64,000 nucleotides of DNA from Chiloscyllium plagiosum (Eukaryota). Below are positions 36,339-47,814 of this stretch, in pieces. A program made the position numbers and the translations under genes. Below the pieces are notes generated by a model. It did no database searches. It had not been told where the DNA came from and worked only from the letters and a program-made list of their open reading frames with translations. Where the stretch lies: contig NC_057716.1 in the NCBI RefSeq assembly GCF_004010195.1, positions 16,492,720 through 16,556,719 on the forward strand. Direction: 5' to 3'. The stretch's first letter is position 1. Each line of letters begins with the position of its first letter.

Positions 36339-37109
36339 TATGTTTTTGTAAGAGGGTGTGTGGTTAGAATGTGGAAGCTGCTGTCACAGGGAGTGGCTAA
36401 AGAGAACAGTGTGGATGCTATTGAAAGGGAAGTTCAGAAAGCATGTGAGGGAGGTGGGAACAATGATCAATTTGGATGCTTACAGATGGGAAAGACGGCC
36501 GAGTGGAGAATAAACATCAGTATGGACAAGATTGGCTGAATAGCCTGTTTGTGTGTGTCATATTAGTTTTACCTAATTTTCACTAGCTTATGATTTCAGC
36601 CACCCAGGCCCCAATTTCCTCTACCCTTTACATCTATTCCTTTGACCAACTGGTTTGGCACTTGCATTCAGTTCACATGGTTTCATGGCAAATGCTATTC
36701 AATAATGTTCCTCTGCAACCTCTTGGGAGGTTTCCCCCACAATCGAGAGTGCCACATAAATGCAAGTTCTTGTTCTTGTAAACTGGCATCTGCCCAAACA
36801 GCTACATTGTCATCATCTCACAACCCCACTGCAAACTCTTTCAGGACATTCTGAAGACATTACAGAGAGCCACATAAAGGCAAGCTATTCTTGCTCATTC
36901 CCAGAAATGAAGCAACAACAGTCTCACCCCCAGCACAATTTGTGCAGCCTCGCCTGGTCGGAAAACTGCAGCGGTCAGATTTGTAAAAGTGAAACAGCAG
37001 CGTCTGGTTCCATTTAGATTTGCACAGCGACAGAGACAGAGACAGGATGTGAGAGAGAATGTGAGAGACAGAGACGGGATGTGAGAGAGAGAGACAGAGA
37101 CAGGATGTG

Positions 37110-37680
37110 AGAGGGAGAGGCAGAGGCAGAGGGAGTAGGAGAGGCAGAGGCAGAGGGAGTAGGAGAGGCAGAGGCAGAGGGAGTAGGAGAGGCAGAGGCA
37201 GAGGGAGTAGGAGAGGCAGAGGCAGAGGGAGTAGGAGAGGCAGAGGCAGAGGGAGTAGGAGAGGCAGAGGCAGAGGGAGTAGGAGAGGCAGAGGCAGAGG
37301 GAGTAGGAGAGGCAGAGGCAGAGGGAGTAGGAGAGGCAGAGGCAGAGGGAGTAGGAGAGGCAGAGGCAGAGGGAGTAGGAGAGGCAGAGGCAGAGGGAGT
37401 AGGAGAGGCAGAGGCAGAGGGAGTAGGAGAGGCAGAGGCAGAGGGAGTAGGAGAGGCAGAGGCAGAGGGAGTAGGAGAGGCAGAGGCAGAGGGAGTAGGA
37501 GAGGCAGAGGCAGAGGGAGTAGGAGAGGCAGAGGCAGAGGGAGTAGGAGAGGCAGAGGCAGAGGGAGTAGGAGAGGCAGAGGCAGAGGGAGTAGGAGAGG
37601 CAGAGGCAGAGGGAGTAGGAGAGGCAGAGGGAGTAGGAGAGGCAGAGGGAGTAGGAGAGGCAGAGGGAGTAGGAGAGGCA
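37110..37680. repeat. Homogeneous 24-bp purine-rich tandem repeat, switching to an 18-bp unit and running into a gap (N 37681-37889)
   Basis: (gaggcagaggcagagggagtagga)n. Confidence 0.97.
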
Positions 37681-38119
37681 NNNNNNNNNNNNNNNNNNNN
37701 NNNNNNNNNNNNNNNNNNNNNNNNNNNNNNNNNNNNNNNNNNNNNNNNNNNNNNNNNNNNNNNNNNNNNNNNNNNNNNNNNNNNNNNNNNNNNNNNNNNN
37801 NNNNNNNNNNNNNNNNNNNNNNNNNNNNNNNNNNNNNNNNNNNNNNNNNNNNNNNNNNNNNNNNNNNNNNNNNNNNNNNNNNNNNNNNNGCGGGGGCGGG
37901 GGAGCGGGGGCGGGGGAGCGGGAGAGGGAGAAAGAGAGCGAACGAGGGGGATCGTGAGAGTGAGCGTGCGAGAGATACGCCAAGGGGCTGCAATTAATTG
38001 ATCCTCATAACAGTGAAAAGAACCCAATACATCATTTCTGGGCTGGATACAGAGAGTACACAATACCACACAAATTAACAATACAGACCACAAATAGACC
38101 ACCACAATTCATCAAAACA

Positions 38120-38298
38120 CAGAATCCCCACAGTTTGCAGGCAGAGCATTTGGCCCATCAAGTCCATACCGACACTTTGAAGAGCATCCCACCCACACCC
38201 ATCCACTCTACCACCTCTATCCCTGCATTGCCCATGGCTGACCCACCTAACCTGGACATCTTTGGACTGTGGAAGGAAACCAAAACACCTGAAGGAAA
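38120..38298 (-). mobile_element. HE1-type SINE 3' half
   Basis: cctaacctggacatctttggactgtggaaggaaacc. Confidence 0.8.
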
Positions 38299-39026
38299 CG
38301 CTGCCCTGAGTAGATTTGCTTTCCTTAAGGACCTGATTGAACCAAACAGGTTTTTAGCACAGGTGACCATCACTTAGACTAGCTTTCAGTAGCAGAGATG
38401 AACTGCACCCTTCTTCCTCTTCACCGCGCCCCAATATCTGACCATTTTCTCAGCTCATCCCAGTCGCCCCTCCTTCTCGGGAAGAGGACGCTGTAAATGA
38501 ATGCTCGGTGGGAGCACTCCTGCCTCCACAAGCCCCAAACCGAAGGCAAGACCCGAATGTGACAAAGAAAGAAACCAGGCCCATGTTCTGTTGCAGCACC
38601 TGAGATAGTGCCGGGGCAGAGACAACAGACAATGAGAGCTCTCTTCCACGGAGAAGGAAGAGGAGAGTTTGCCTCAGAGCTTGAAACATTAATTTTTTTT
38701 TCTTTCTCACTGCGTGGGTGCTGTCAGAAGCTACTGAGTAGTTGCAGTGTTTTCTTGTTTTGTCTGAGCGATTGTATAAGTTGCAGGAATGGCTCCATGA
38801 ACATGCACACAGACAAAGCCCAGTGCATCTGTTGGCTACAGTCTATTTCCCCACTCCCCCTCCCCTCTGTGGGCCAGTGAAGGGCATGTACTCAATGAGA
38901 AATTATTCAATGGTTTCTCTTTCGGACTGAGAGCAGGGTGTGGGCCCATTGACACACTGAGGGAGAGTGGTGCGTCTCAGTCTCCAAGAACTAAAGGAAT
39001 GCGGCGTATTCTGTCTGTGAGCTTAC

Positions 39027-39174
39027 CTTTATGATAATATGGCACAAAAGCAATCTGCTGATCTCGTGTACTTTTGACTGCATTGTGCAATCCTCCCGTT
39101 ATTGAGAATGTGCTGGTAGGGTCGACAGGCATACCTTGTCCTGTGGTAACATTAAAAAACGTTGGGAACACTTC
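39027..39174 (-). CDS. Candidate coding exon (148 bp, phase 0 to phase 1)
   Basis: Acceptor ttctctccctcggtcag|, donor AAAG|GTAAGC; only one frame open through the donor: EVFPTFFNVTTGQGMPVDPTSTFSITGGLHNAVKSTRDQQIAFVPYYHK. Confidence 0.35.
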
Positions 39175-39227
39175 CTGACCGAGGGAGAGAAGGTGGTCCA
39201 AATCCCTTCGCCTTTCTCACGTCATAT

Positions 39228-39392
39228 AGCAGTAGCTCAGTGGTTAGCACTGGTGCCTCACAGCGCCAGGGACCCAGGTTCGATGCCTGCCTCAGGCGAC
39301 TGTGTGTGTGGAAGTGTGAGTGTGTGTGTGAAAGTGTGAGTGTGTGTGTGAAAGTGTGAGTGTGAGTGTGAAAGTGTGAGTGTGAAAGTGTG

Positions 39393-39464
<72 letters not shown>

Positions 39465-39632
39465 AGTGTACCCTCTGAGTGCTCTGGTTCCCTCCCACAG
39501 AGCAGGTTCAATGGATTGCCCACAATGTCTATGGGGGAAAACACAGGGATAGGGACTGGGGTGGGTCTCGGAGGGTTGCCGTGGACTTGATGGCTCAAAT
39601 GGCCTGCTTCTACACTGTAGCGATTCTATGAT
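39228..39632 (+). mobile_element. HE1-type SINE with internal (TG)n/(GTGA) expansion
   Basis: Head and tail intact; microsatellite at 39301-39462. Confidence 0.88.
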
Positions 39633-40334
39633 GGAAAATCCTTACCTAGTCGGATCTACACTGACTCCTGACCAACTGGACAATGTGGTTAAATCTCATC
39701 CGCTTTCAGAATTGCTATTCAATGCATGGGCAAGTTGGGAATGGGCAACAAATACTGGCCTTGCCAGTGTTGTCCACAAAATATATCGCAGAAAGCTGGC
39801 ACAGAAACAACAGGCACTTCTTGTGCTCGAACCATTTCTATTCTCATAGGAAGGAGCTCCAAGGGAAACAGTAGCCACCAAGAAATTGCTGATAGATTTG
39901 AAGAAAAGCACAGGAAAACAAAGTTTCCACTTTCTGGTAACTGCAGCCTTTCAGTAAAGCAATGTGAAGCACCGATTCTTTATGTCACCCCAAACCCCCC
40001 CTCTAGTTTTACCCCAGGAATAAAAATAAAAAAGCTACTGAACAACTTGCTAAACTGTTAGGAGAGTCTAGAGGCTTCCATTCTGCCAGGGAAAGTTGGA
40101 GGTGACTAAAACTAGGTTTAAAAAATAAAATGGCCTCTTTTTTATTCCCCCAACCCCCTACAATGGTGGTTCACTTAGTCTAGAACTTGCGACCCAACCA
40201 AAGTGTTATAAACTCACTGTCACCTTTCTTTTTAAAAAGAAACTGCATTTATTTTGAGAAACTTTTTAAAAATAAAAAGTTACATTACTTATCAGTGAAC
40301 TTGCTTCTGGGAAATTATATAGAGGTTTTCAATA

Positions 40335-40755
40335 CAGAAAAGAACCTGCATTTCCATAGCACCCTGCACCACCTCAGGACAACTCAAAAATGCTGCAGAG
40401 GCAACGGGACATGGCTTTGGATTTCAGTCCCTGCTGTACCGCAGAGTCTAGCAGCAGCCAATTTTGGCACTGGAGCTCATTTCAAAAAAAAAAAGAAATA
40501 AGTTAAATGAGCAGGTTTTCCGTTTTTTAGCCACAACGGTTGAGAAATAAGTGTCCACCAGAAGAACATCATGCTCCATTTCAGTAACCATCATGGGATC
40601 TATTTGTGACCTCCACCCTCCAATCATTTAGCATCTAAAAGACTGTCACCAAAACCCTCAGTACTGCATTGGCAGTTGGCTAATTTGAAGTCCAGTTTCT
40701 GAAGTGATGCTCACAACTTTGTGTCAATGGTGAGAGTGCGTGGTTATTGTGCTAC
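40335..40755 (-). mobile_element. Ancient DeuSINE
   Basis: ccctcagtactgcattgg and ggtgagagtgc (reverse complements of the Deu core and head); cctgcatttccatagcacc tail. Confidence 0.6.
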
Positions 40756-41039
40756 TGCTGATATTTTACATATACACACACCATTCCATTTCTAATAGCC
40801 ACTGGTCATTCACTGCACTGCTCCTTTGTTTTTCAAAGATTAAGAGTGAGTGTCCGTCTGTCTTTCTGACTGTTGTGTGCTTGTGTGAATTTTCTAAGCC
40901 TGGACAGATAGTGCTATCTCACCCTCCACAGAAACATAACATACATATTCCAAAATCCAAGACTGAATGGGCTTTTAACATAGAAGCACAGAAAAATGAG
41001 CAGGATTAACCCATTCAGCTTTCGAACTTGTTCCATCAT

Positions 41040-41347
41040 TATAGAATTGTAGAATCCCTACAGGGGAAAGACAAACCATTTGGCCCATCGAGTCCACACC
41101 TGAAAAGCGTCCCACACCCTTACCCTGTAACCCTGCATTTGCCATGGCTAATCCGCCCAGCCTGCACATCCCTGAACACCATGGGACAATACAGCATGGC
41201 CAATCCACCTAACTGGCACACCTTTGGACTGTGGGAGGAAACCAGAGCACCCAGAGGAAACCTACACACACTCCACAGTCACCCAAGGCTGGAATTGAAC
41301 CCGGGTCCCTGGTGCTGTGAGGCAACAGTACTAGCCAACAGCCACCC
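41040..41347 (-). mobile_element. HE1-type SINE
   Basis: Reverse-complement match with a small internal deletion. Confidence 0.9.
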
Positions 41348-43079
41348 TTCATTAATGATCATGACTGATTAACCAACTCAAGAGCCTGTTCCTACCCCCC
41401 TCCAGATCCTTTAATCCCCTTCGCCCTAAATGCCATATCTAACTCATTCCTAAAATCATACAATGATTTGGCTTTGACTGCTCTTGGTATAGTGAATTCC
41501 ATAGGCTCATCACTTTCCCCCCCAACATTGGGCCATGTGACCTCTCACTCTGAGCTGTGAATAGTCATAGATTTGATGTACTTATGAGCAGCGCAAAACT
41601 AGGGAACGATCCAGAAATCCCTTTTCTAATCTGACCAGCAATTCTAAACTTCTGGAAAAAGAGGAGGGTTAGGGTGGGGTAGAAAGAGGAAAAGATCAAT
41701 CATTCTTGCTTAGGCAAAAGCACATGGGGAACCAACTCATTCATTGCGACAAGAAACATTCAATGGCCTCTGGCTCTTCAATAAATTACTGCTACAGTCA
41801 GCAAGAACGCAAAGGGAAGAATGTCACACACACCATGCGGTCTTGCCTGAAGTGACGATAAAGCTGCAGCAACAGGGTGTCAGATAGCTTTCGAGATGAA
41901 TGATTGGAGAAAGCATCCTGCTCATCAAGTTCTCCTCACTTCTGAACCTAAAGACATTCTGCCCGTCCATACAACACAGTGATGACTCATTGTGGGTGTG
42001 GTTCCACCGGGCCTGGTTCGCCTCGTGTATCTCGCCCAGGTGATCCTCACTGAGCATCAAGAAGCAGTGTGGAGGAGGGTGTGAGAAAGGACAGCGGGGG
42101 GGGGGAGAGCCAATACCGTCCTTCAGATAGGGGTTAACATTCAGGGGGCCAGGAAGCTGCCCCCACAACATAAGGTGCAATGTTGAAAAGCCCAGATGGA
42201 TCGGGGATAAGCAACAATGAAGGGGAGTGGAACAAATAAATCAGATATCAAATAGGCATTGAGAAAGAGCAGTCAACCATTCAGAAGATTCTGTGCAGTA
42301 TTACCATCTACTTCTGCATTTTTGTCATGCCAGAGAACCTCCATTCACTGACAACTTTAAAAGTTTCCCAAATCTCAAGTGGGCATTACTACACAGACAA
42401 GCATGGAGACGGCACGTTTGAGGGGTCACTGATCCGAAACCCCACAATCGCACCATTTTAGACCCGGTGCCGCTGACATTCCTGAACGCCACAGGCTGGC
42501 AGACTCGCACGAGTTGAGTTGCGTCAAAAATGTCTACTTTTAATGCATCAGAATGTATTGAATTGCTATGAAAGTACTTATATTTCCTGAACAACAAAAC
42601 CAGCTTGTATTTGTATAATCATTGAACATCATAAACTATCCCAAGAAGCTTCAGAATAGCAAAATTTGACATCACAACACACGAAAGTGTTAGCACAGAT
42701 GGCCAAGGGTTCGGTCAAAGAGGTGGATTTTAATAAATATAAGGCACGAAAGAGAGGTGTCAAGTCAGAGGTTTGAAATCCAGAGCGTAGGGCTTTCCTA
42801 CTGAAGATGTGCCTACCAATAGTGGGGCGAATTAAATCAGGATGCTCAAGAAGGTAGAATTAGAAGACAACGGATATCATGGAAGGTTCTATGAGAGTGA
42901 AGAGGAGACTGAGACGTTTGATGGGGGCAATGAGGAGGAAAGCGCATGAGAGGGGAACAGAACTCTCATGCTCCAAACAACATCGCACAGCCACCTTCAG
43001 AAGGACTTTGGGTGCACATGCCACAACTCAAACCATCCCTGTAACTTGGACATCACGTGACTAAGTGCAAGAGATTAGC

Positions 43080-43437
43080 GAAAGGCCTGGACAGAGTGGA
43101 TGTTGGGAAAATATTTCCACTAGCGGGAGACACTGGGACTCGAGGGCACAGCTTTCGAGTAAAGGGAAGGCTCTTTAGAATGGAGATGAGGCGAGACGTC
43201 TTCAGCCAGAATGTGCTGAATCTGTGGAATTCATTGCCACAGAAGGCTGTGGAGGCCAGGTCATTGAGTATATTGAAAACAGAGATAGATAAGTTCTTGA
43301 TTGTTATGGGGATAAAAGGTTATGGGGAAAATGCAGGAGATCGGGATTGAGAAACTTATCAGCCATGATTGAATGGTGGAGCAGACTCGATGGGCCGAAT
43401 GGCCTAACTTCTGCCCCAATATCTAATGGTCTTATGA
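43080..43437 (+). mobile_element. CR1 3' end
   Basis: KGLDRVDVGKIFPL..TRGH..FSQNVLNLWNSLP; terminal hairpin. Confidence 0.92.
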
Positions 43438-45767
43438 TAGCATGCAATGTATTTACAAGATACAACAGTAACATGGGTCCTTTCTCCCCTGAATCTACTC
43501 TTGGTGAAAATTGCCACAGGCACCAGATGTCCTCTGGCCATTCTTGACATGTCTCCATCTTATTCATGCTCACATGGTATCCAACTGGGCCAAGGTTGCT
43601 AAGAGATCACAGCGATTTGTTTTGTTCCAGGTCAACACAGAGACTTTCCATTGGAACCAGAATTTTTCTATCATTCATTCATTCAGGAGACAGAGTATGC
43701 CTTTGCCTGGAATTATTGCTCATTCTGAATTGTCCTAGAGACCTTGGGCTGCCTACTTGAACTCTTGCACATCACAACTGTATGGGAAGGAAGATCCAGA
43801 ATTTTGACTGAGTTACAACAAAGGAGCAAGGATATAGTCCCAAATCAGGAAGATGCATTGCTAAGAGGGACACTTGTACCGGCTGCCCTTATCCTTCGAT
43901 ATGGTAGAGCGCGAGGGGTTAGAAGCTGAAGCCATTGCTCCTTTTCATTTTCTTCATGCACAAGTAGTGAGGCTCCACACTACCCACACACCCCTTTGGC
44001 AAAGTAACACCAGCCCCCTCGAAAGTTATGTATCACAGTGCAGCGAAGAAAAATCAACCAAAACACTGCGTGCGTGCAAAACAGTAAGTGACGGGGCGGT
44101 GTGCACATTTCAGATAAACATAGGCAGTTTAACAGGCTAGTGCTCTGCTCAAACCAGCAATATCACATTACCCTGCCCAGTATATTAGCTCATAATTATA
44201 CATTCCTCCCCATTCAAGCTGTGCAGCTCAGTTACAGAGCACAGGACTCTCTCAGCATCATTTCAAACGGTCCAGAAAACTCTCAAAGGGAGATTGGATT
44301 ACATTTTTAATCTCTAATCCTCAGTTCAAACATCGTTTCCATTAATTATTTTCTCCTGCCTTGCTAGTTTTTAAATCCTCCTTACTGTTTTGCTTTTTAA
44401 AACTATTCCTTGTGAATTTCCCTCCATTTGCCAATCTCCCACTTCCCCCTTCCTCACTCATGTACTGGTAGTCAGCAGAGGATCGCAGCCTGCTCTCCAT
44501 ATCTCACAGATTCTCCCTTCAAACAGGGTTAGCAAAGGGGGAGGACATGAACTGCCATTGCAGCAAGTATTCCCATCTATTACAGCTCTCCAAACTGCTC
44601 CCCCCTACCCCACCAGTCCTTCTAGGTTGAACCTTCCTTATTCCTGACCAGTTTTCTTATGAATCCTACTTAAAGTATGCGAATATCAAAATAATCTTGA
44701 GTGGCATTATGAATGGTAATATGAACTCATTTCACTCAAATCATCCAACTGCTGACAGATCCCAATGTGGTGCTAACAGACCAGGATACCTGATACACCA
44801 CTGGTGCCAAGCTGTTTGATCTCCATGTGGGTAAATGCCACGGGTGGGTTACAACTCAGGTTGCCATGGCACCAGATAGGTCTCCAGCTCCTAATCCCTA
44901 TCCAGTGAGATATGGGTAAAAATGCAGACAGAATTGGACCTAGTCAGGTCAGCTGATCAGCCTGGCCGCACACTGGCCTGATCCTAACCTAACGAAAACT
45001 GCCTTGCGCAAGACACCAGAGATCAGATGAGGACCAGACATTAGGCACCTGCAACATGGTAAATCCAATGTTGCAAAGTGAACTGGTCGAGGCATCGTCA
45101 TGGATACTGCACTGAGGGAACTGGCAGAGTACTCAACCAGGCCCGTGCTTGCAAATCTCAGCATGCATAATCACATCTCATGTTAGGCACAATGATTGCT
45201 CACTAAGTACTTCTCAATCGCCTGTATGCCAGGAGTTATAACCGATTTAAAATGATCTGTTATGCTCGCAATGCAGTTCAACTTGCTCTAACTGGAAGCT
45301 CGATTTGTTCATCCACAGGGCCCTGTCCTCTGCAAGCAGAAGGGATCTGTCCAGGTATTGTGCTGGTATTTCCAGCGTACAGAGGTTTGGTGTACACTAC
45401 TCCCTGGTGCGTTCCCAAAGACGAACCTCAGCAAAAGTCAACTTGGCTGGTTTGTACTTAAACCAAATCTTTTGGAGTAACTGTTTCCTGGTGCATTTTC
45501 AGTTGCAAAGTCTTGAACAATAAGAATATGCATGCCAATGATTCTGGTCAACATAATATTTTTTCCGTTTTGAAGATTAGTATTCTTGCATTCGTCTTGA
45601 TGATACAAGATGAAAAGCTTTGACAGCAATGCTCAAGATTGATCTCAGTTAAGCAACAGAATTTTGAGTTATGGTATAAATGTGGGTAAATTCAGTCAAG
45701 AGGAGTCATGATCAAAAGGAAAGATGCAACAGACAAAACAGGCTCCTCCTGTTCCTGGATTTGTCTC

Positions 45768-46853
45768 GGCATCGCCATATATCACATCCATATAATGCAC
45801 CAACAGTCAACAGCCTCCACTTACAGCTACTGTGACACACAGAGACACATTCCACCTAGAACGCATAAGGAACCAAACTCTTCAACATAACCTCCCCCCC
45901 ACACACCCCCCCCCCCCCTCCCAGACCTACAATTAGTCTTTTGGTGCAGATGATGAGTGTCAGCATTTAGGCTTTAATATAACTGTTTATAGCACCAAAC
46001 CCATCAATTAGATCCCAGTCAGTCAGTGACTCTGCGTAACCATTATCCTTTATATAAACCATCCAAACCCCCTGATTAAGATGGTAGCCTATGACTGGTT
46101 ACAAAGTAGACCTTACACTGTATAAAACGTGGGAGGGATTTACTTTAAGAACTTTGAGCTGTGTGTAATGAGGCTTGAACAGTATATCAGAGGCCACCTG
46201 ATTGAATGCTGCTGACTGCTTGATGAAATGGAGAAAGCAGTGGGTTCATGTTCAGTTACTTGAAACAATCTGCTCAGCCTGAAAGTTCTGCATTCTTGAC
46301 ACAGATCCAAACACATTGATGTGAAGTATTTACAGAACTCAGTGGTTGTAGCTTGTCTCAGGTCAGGCTTGGGATAGAGGTAAGCCAGAGAGATAGAATA
46401 TAGAAAAGTAAAGCACAGAATAGGCCCTTCGGCCCACAATGTTGTACCGAGGATCAATCCTAAAGTAAAATAAAATAACCTAACCTATGCAGATTTTGAA
46501 ACAGAGAAAAGATCCTGGCCCGGAGCTAAACTGGACAGAAGACCTGTAAATGGTCTGGTTAGAGGGTTGAAGAGTACGCTGGGAACAATGTTCCCCTTCC
46601 CAAAGGAGATGGATGAAAATCACCTGTTAAATTTGCAGAGGGCACTACAATAGGAAAGCAGCAGTGGTTCAGGGCACAGCAAAACTTTTGCAAAGGAATT
46701 CAGATACACTTTTTTAAAGTGTATACTTTGTTATATTGAAGAGTTTGGTTCCTTATACGTTCTAGGTTGAATGTGTCTCTGTGTGTCACAGCAGCTGTAA
46801 GTGGAGGCTGTTGACTGTTGGTGCGTTATATGCATGTGATATATGGCGATACC
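45768..46853. repeat. Unclassified segment bounded by 124-bp inverted repeats
   Basis: 45768-45891 is the reverse complement of 46730-46853 with 7 mismatches and no indels by hand count. Confidence 0.9.
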
Positions 46854-46876
46854 ATCCCCAATTCCCTTGAACTACA

Positions 46877-47168
46877 GGGCGGCACGGTGACTCAGTGGTT
46901 AGCACCAGGTTCGATTCCAGGACGACTGTCTGTGTAGCGTTTGCACATTCTCCCTGTGTCTGCGTGGGTTTCCTTCGGGTGCTCCGGTTTCCTCCCATAG
47001 TCCAAAGATGTGCAGGTTAGTTGGATTGGCCATGCTAAATTACCCATAGTATTAGGTGCATTAGTCAGAGAGAAATGGCTCTGAGTGGGTTACTCTTCAG
47101 AGGGTCAGTGTGGACTTGTTGGGCCGAAGAGCCTGCTTCCACACTGTAGGGAATCTAATCTAATCTAA
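46877..47168 (+). mobile_element. HE1-type SINE with a deleted head
   Basis: gggcggcacggtgactcagtggttagcac, V-domain, (TAATC)n tail. Confidence 0.9.
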
Positions 47169-47189
47169 AGTGAGTTGATAGGTCATGTT

Positions 47190-47450
47190 ACAGGGCAGTT
47201 AAGAGTCAACCACATCGTTGTGGGTCTGGAATCATGTGCAGGCCAAAAAAGGCAAATTCCTTGCTTCAAGGGCGTTAGTGAACCTGTTAACGATTACAGT
47301 ATGACCATTGATGATAGCCTCATTCATGGTGCCATGAAGCTAACTTTTAATTCCAGTTTATGAATTAATTGAGTTTAAATTCCACCAACTCCATTGACAG
47401 ATTTGAACCAGTGTCTCCACAGCATTAGCCTTTGGGTTACTAGTACAACT
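47190..47450 (-). mobile_element. Old tRNA-derived SINE (different family)
   Basis: Minus strand B-box-like ggttcaaatc followed by ggtggaatttaaactcaattaat; a related fragment lies at ~38305-38395. Confidence 0.55.
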
Positions 47451-47487
47451 GCATTTGGAGGAAGGGAGACCGACGGATTGCAAATAC

Positions 47488-47730
47488 AATTTACCACAGG
47501 AACGTGCTCGTGAGTTTGGAAATAACAGGTTAGTCCAGATGAATGAGTGGCTGGCAAAATGGTGCAGGAGGGAGGCCTGTGGATTTCTGGGACGTTGGGA
47601 CCATTTCCGGGTCGGGGGGCAGTGGACCATATACAAGGCAGGTGGATCGCACCTAAGCTAGAACCAGGCCAACTTCCTTGTTATAAGGTTTCTGAATGCT
47701 GTTGGGGAGTTTAAGCTAATTTGGCAAGGG
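47488..47730 (+). pseudogene. CR1 ORF1 SGNH-esterase C-terminal fragment
   Basis: LP..RA..GNNRLVQMNEWLAKWCRREACGFLGRWDHF..IYKAGGSHL, resembling CR1 ORF1 'WCRREGF.F..HW..DGLHL'. Confidence 0.8.
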
Positions 47731-47814
47731 TAGCACTATCCTGACAGAAGGTTGAGCAGTGAGAGATGAGCAGCCAAAATTAGATCGGATACCAAGGAGT
47801 CAAAGTGGCATAGA

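Noticed and set aside
36860-38105. Four long ORFs (296-377 aa; RG-rich, PL-rich, SASPTP)
   Set aside because: Translations of a 24-bp tandem repeat plus an N-gap; no evidence of coding.
42417-42445. ttgaggggtcactgatccgaaac, resembling a family C hammerhead
   Set aside because: No CUGANGA core and no flanking pLTR sequence.
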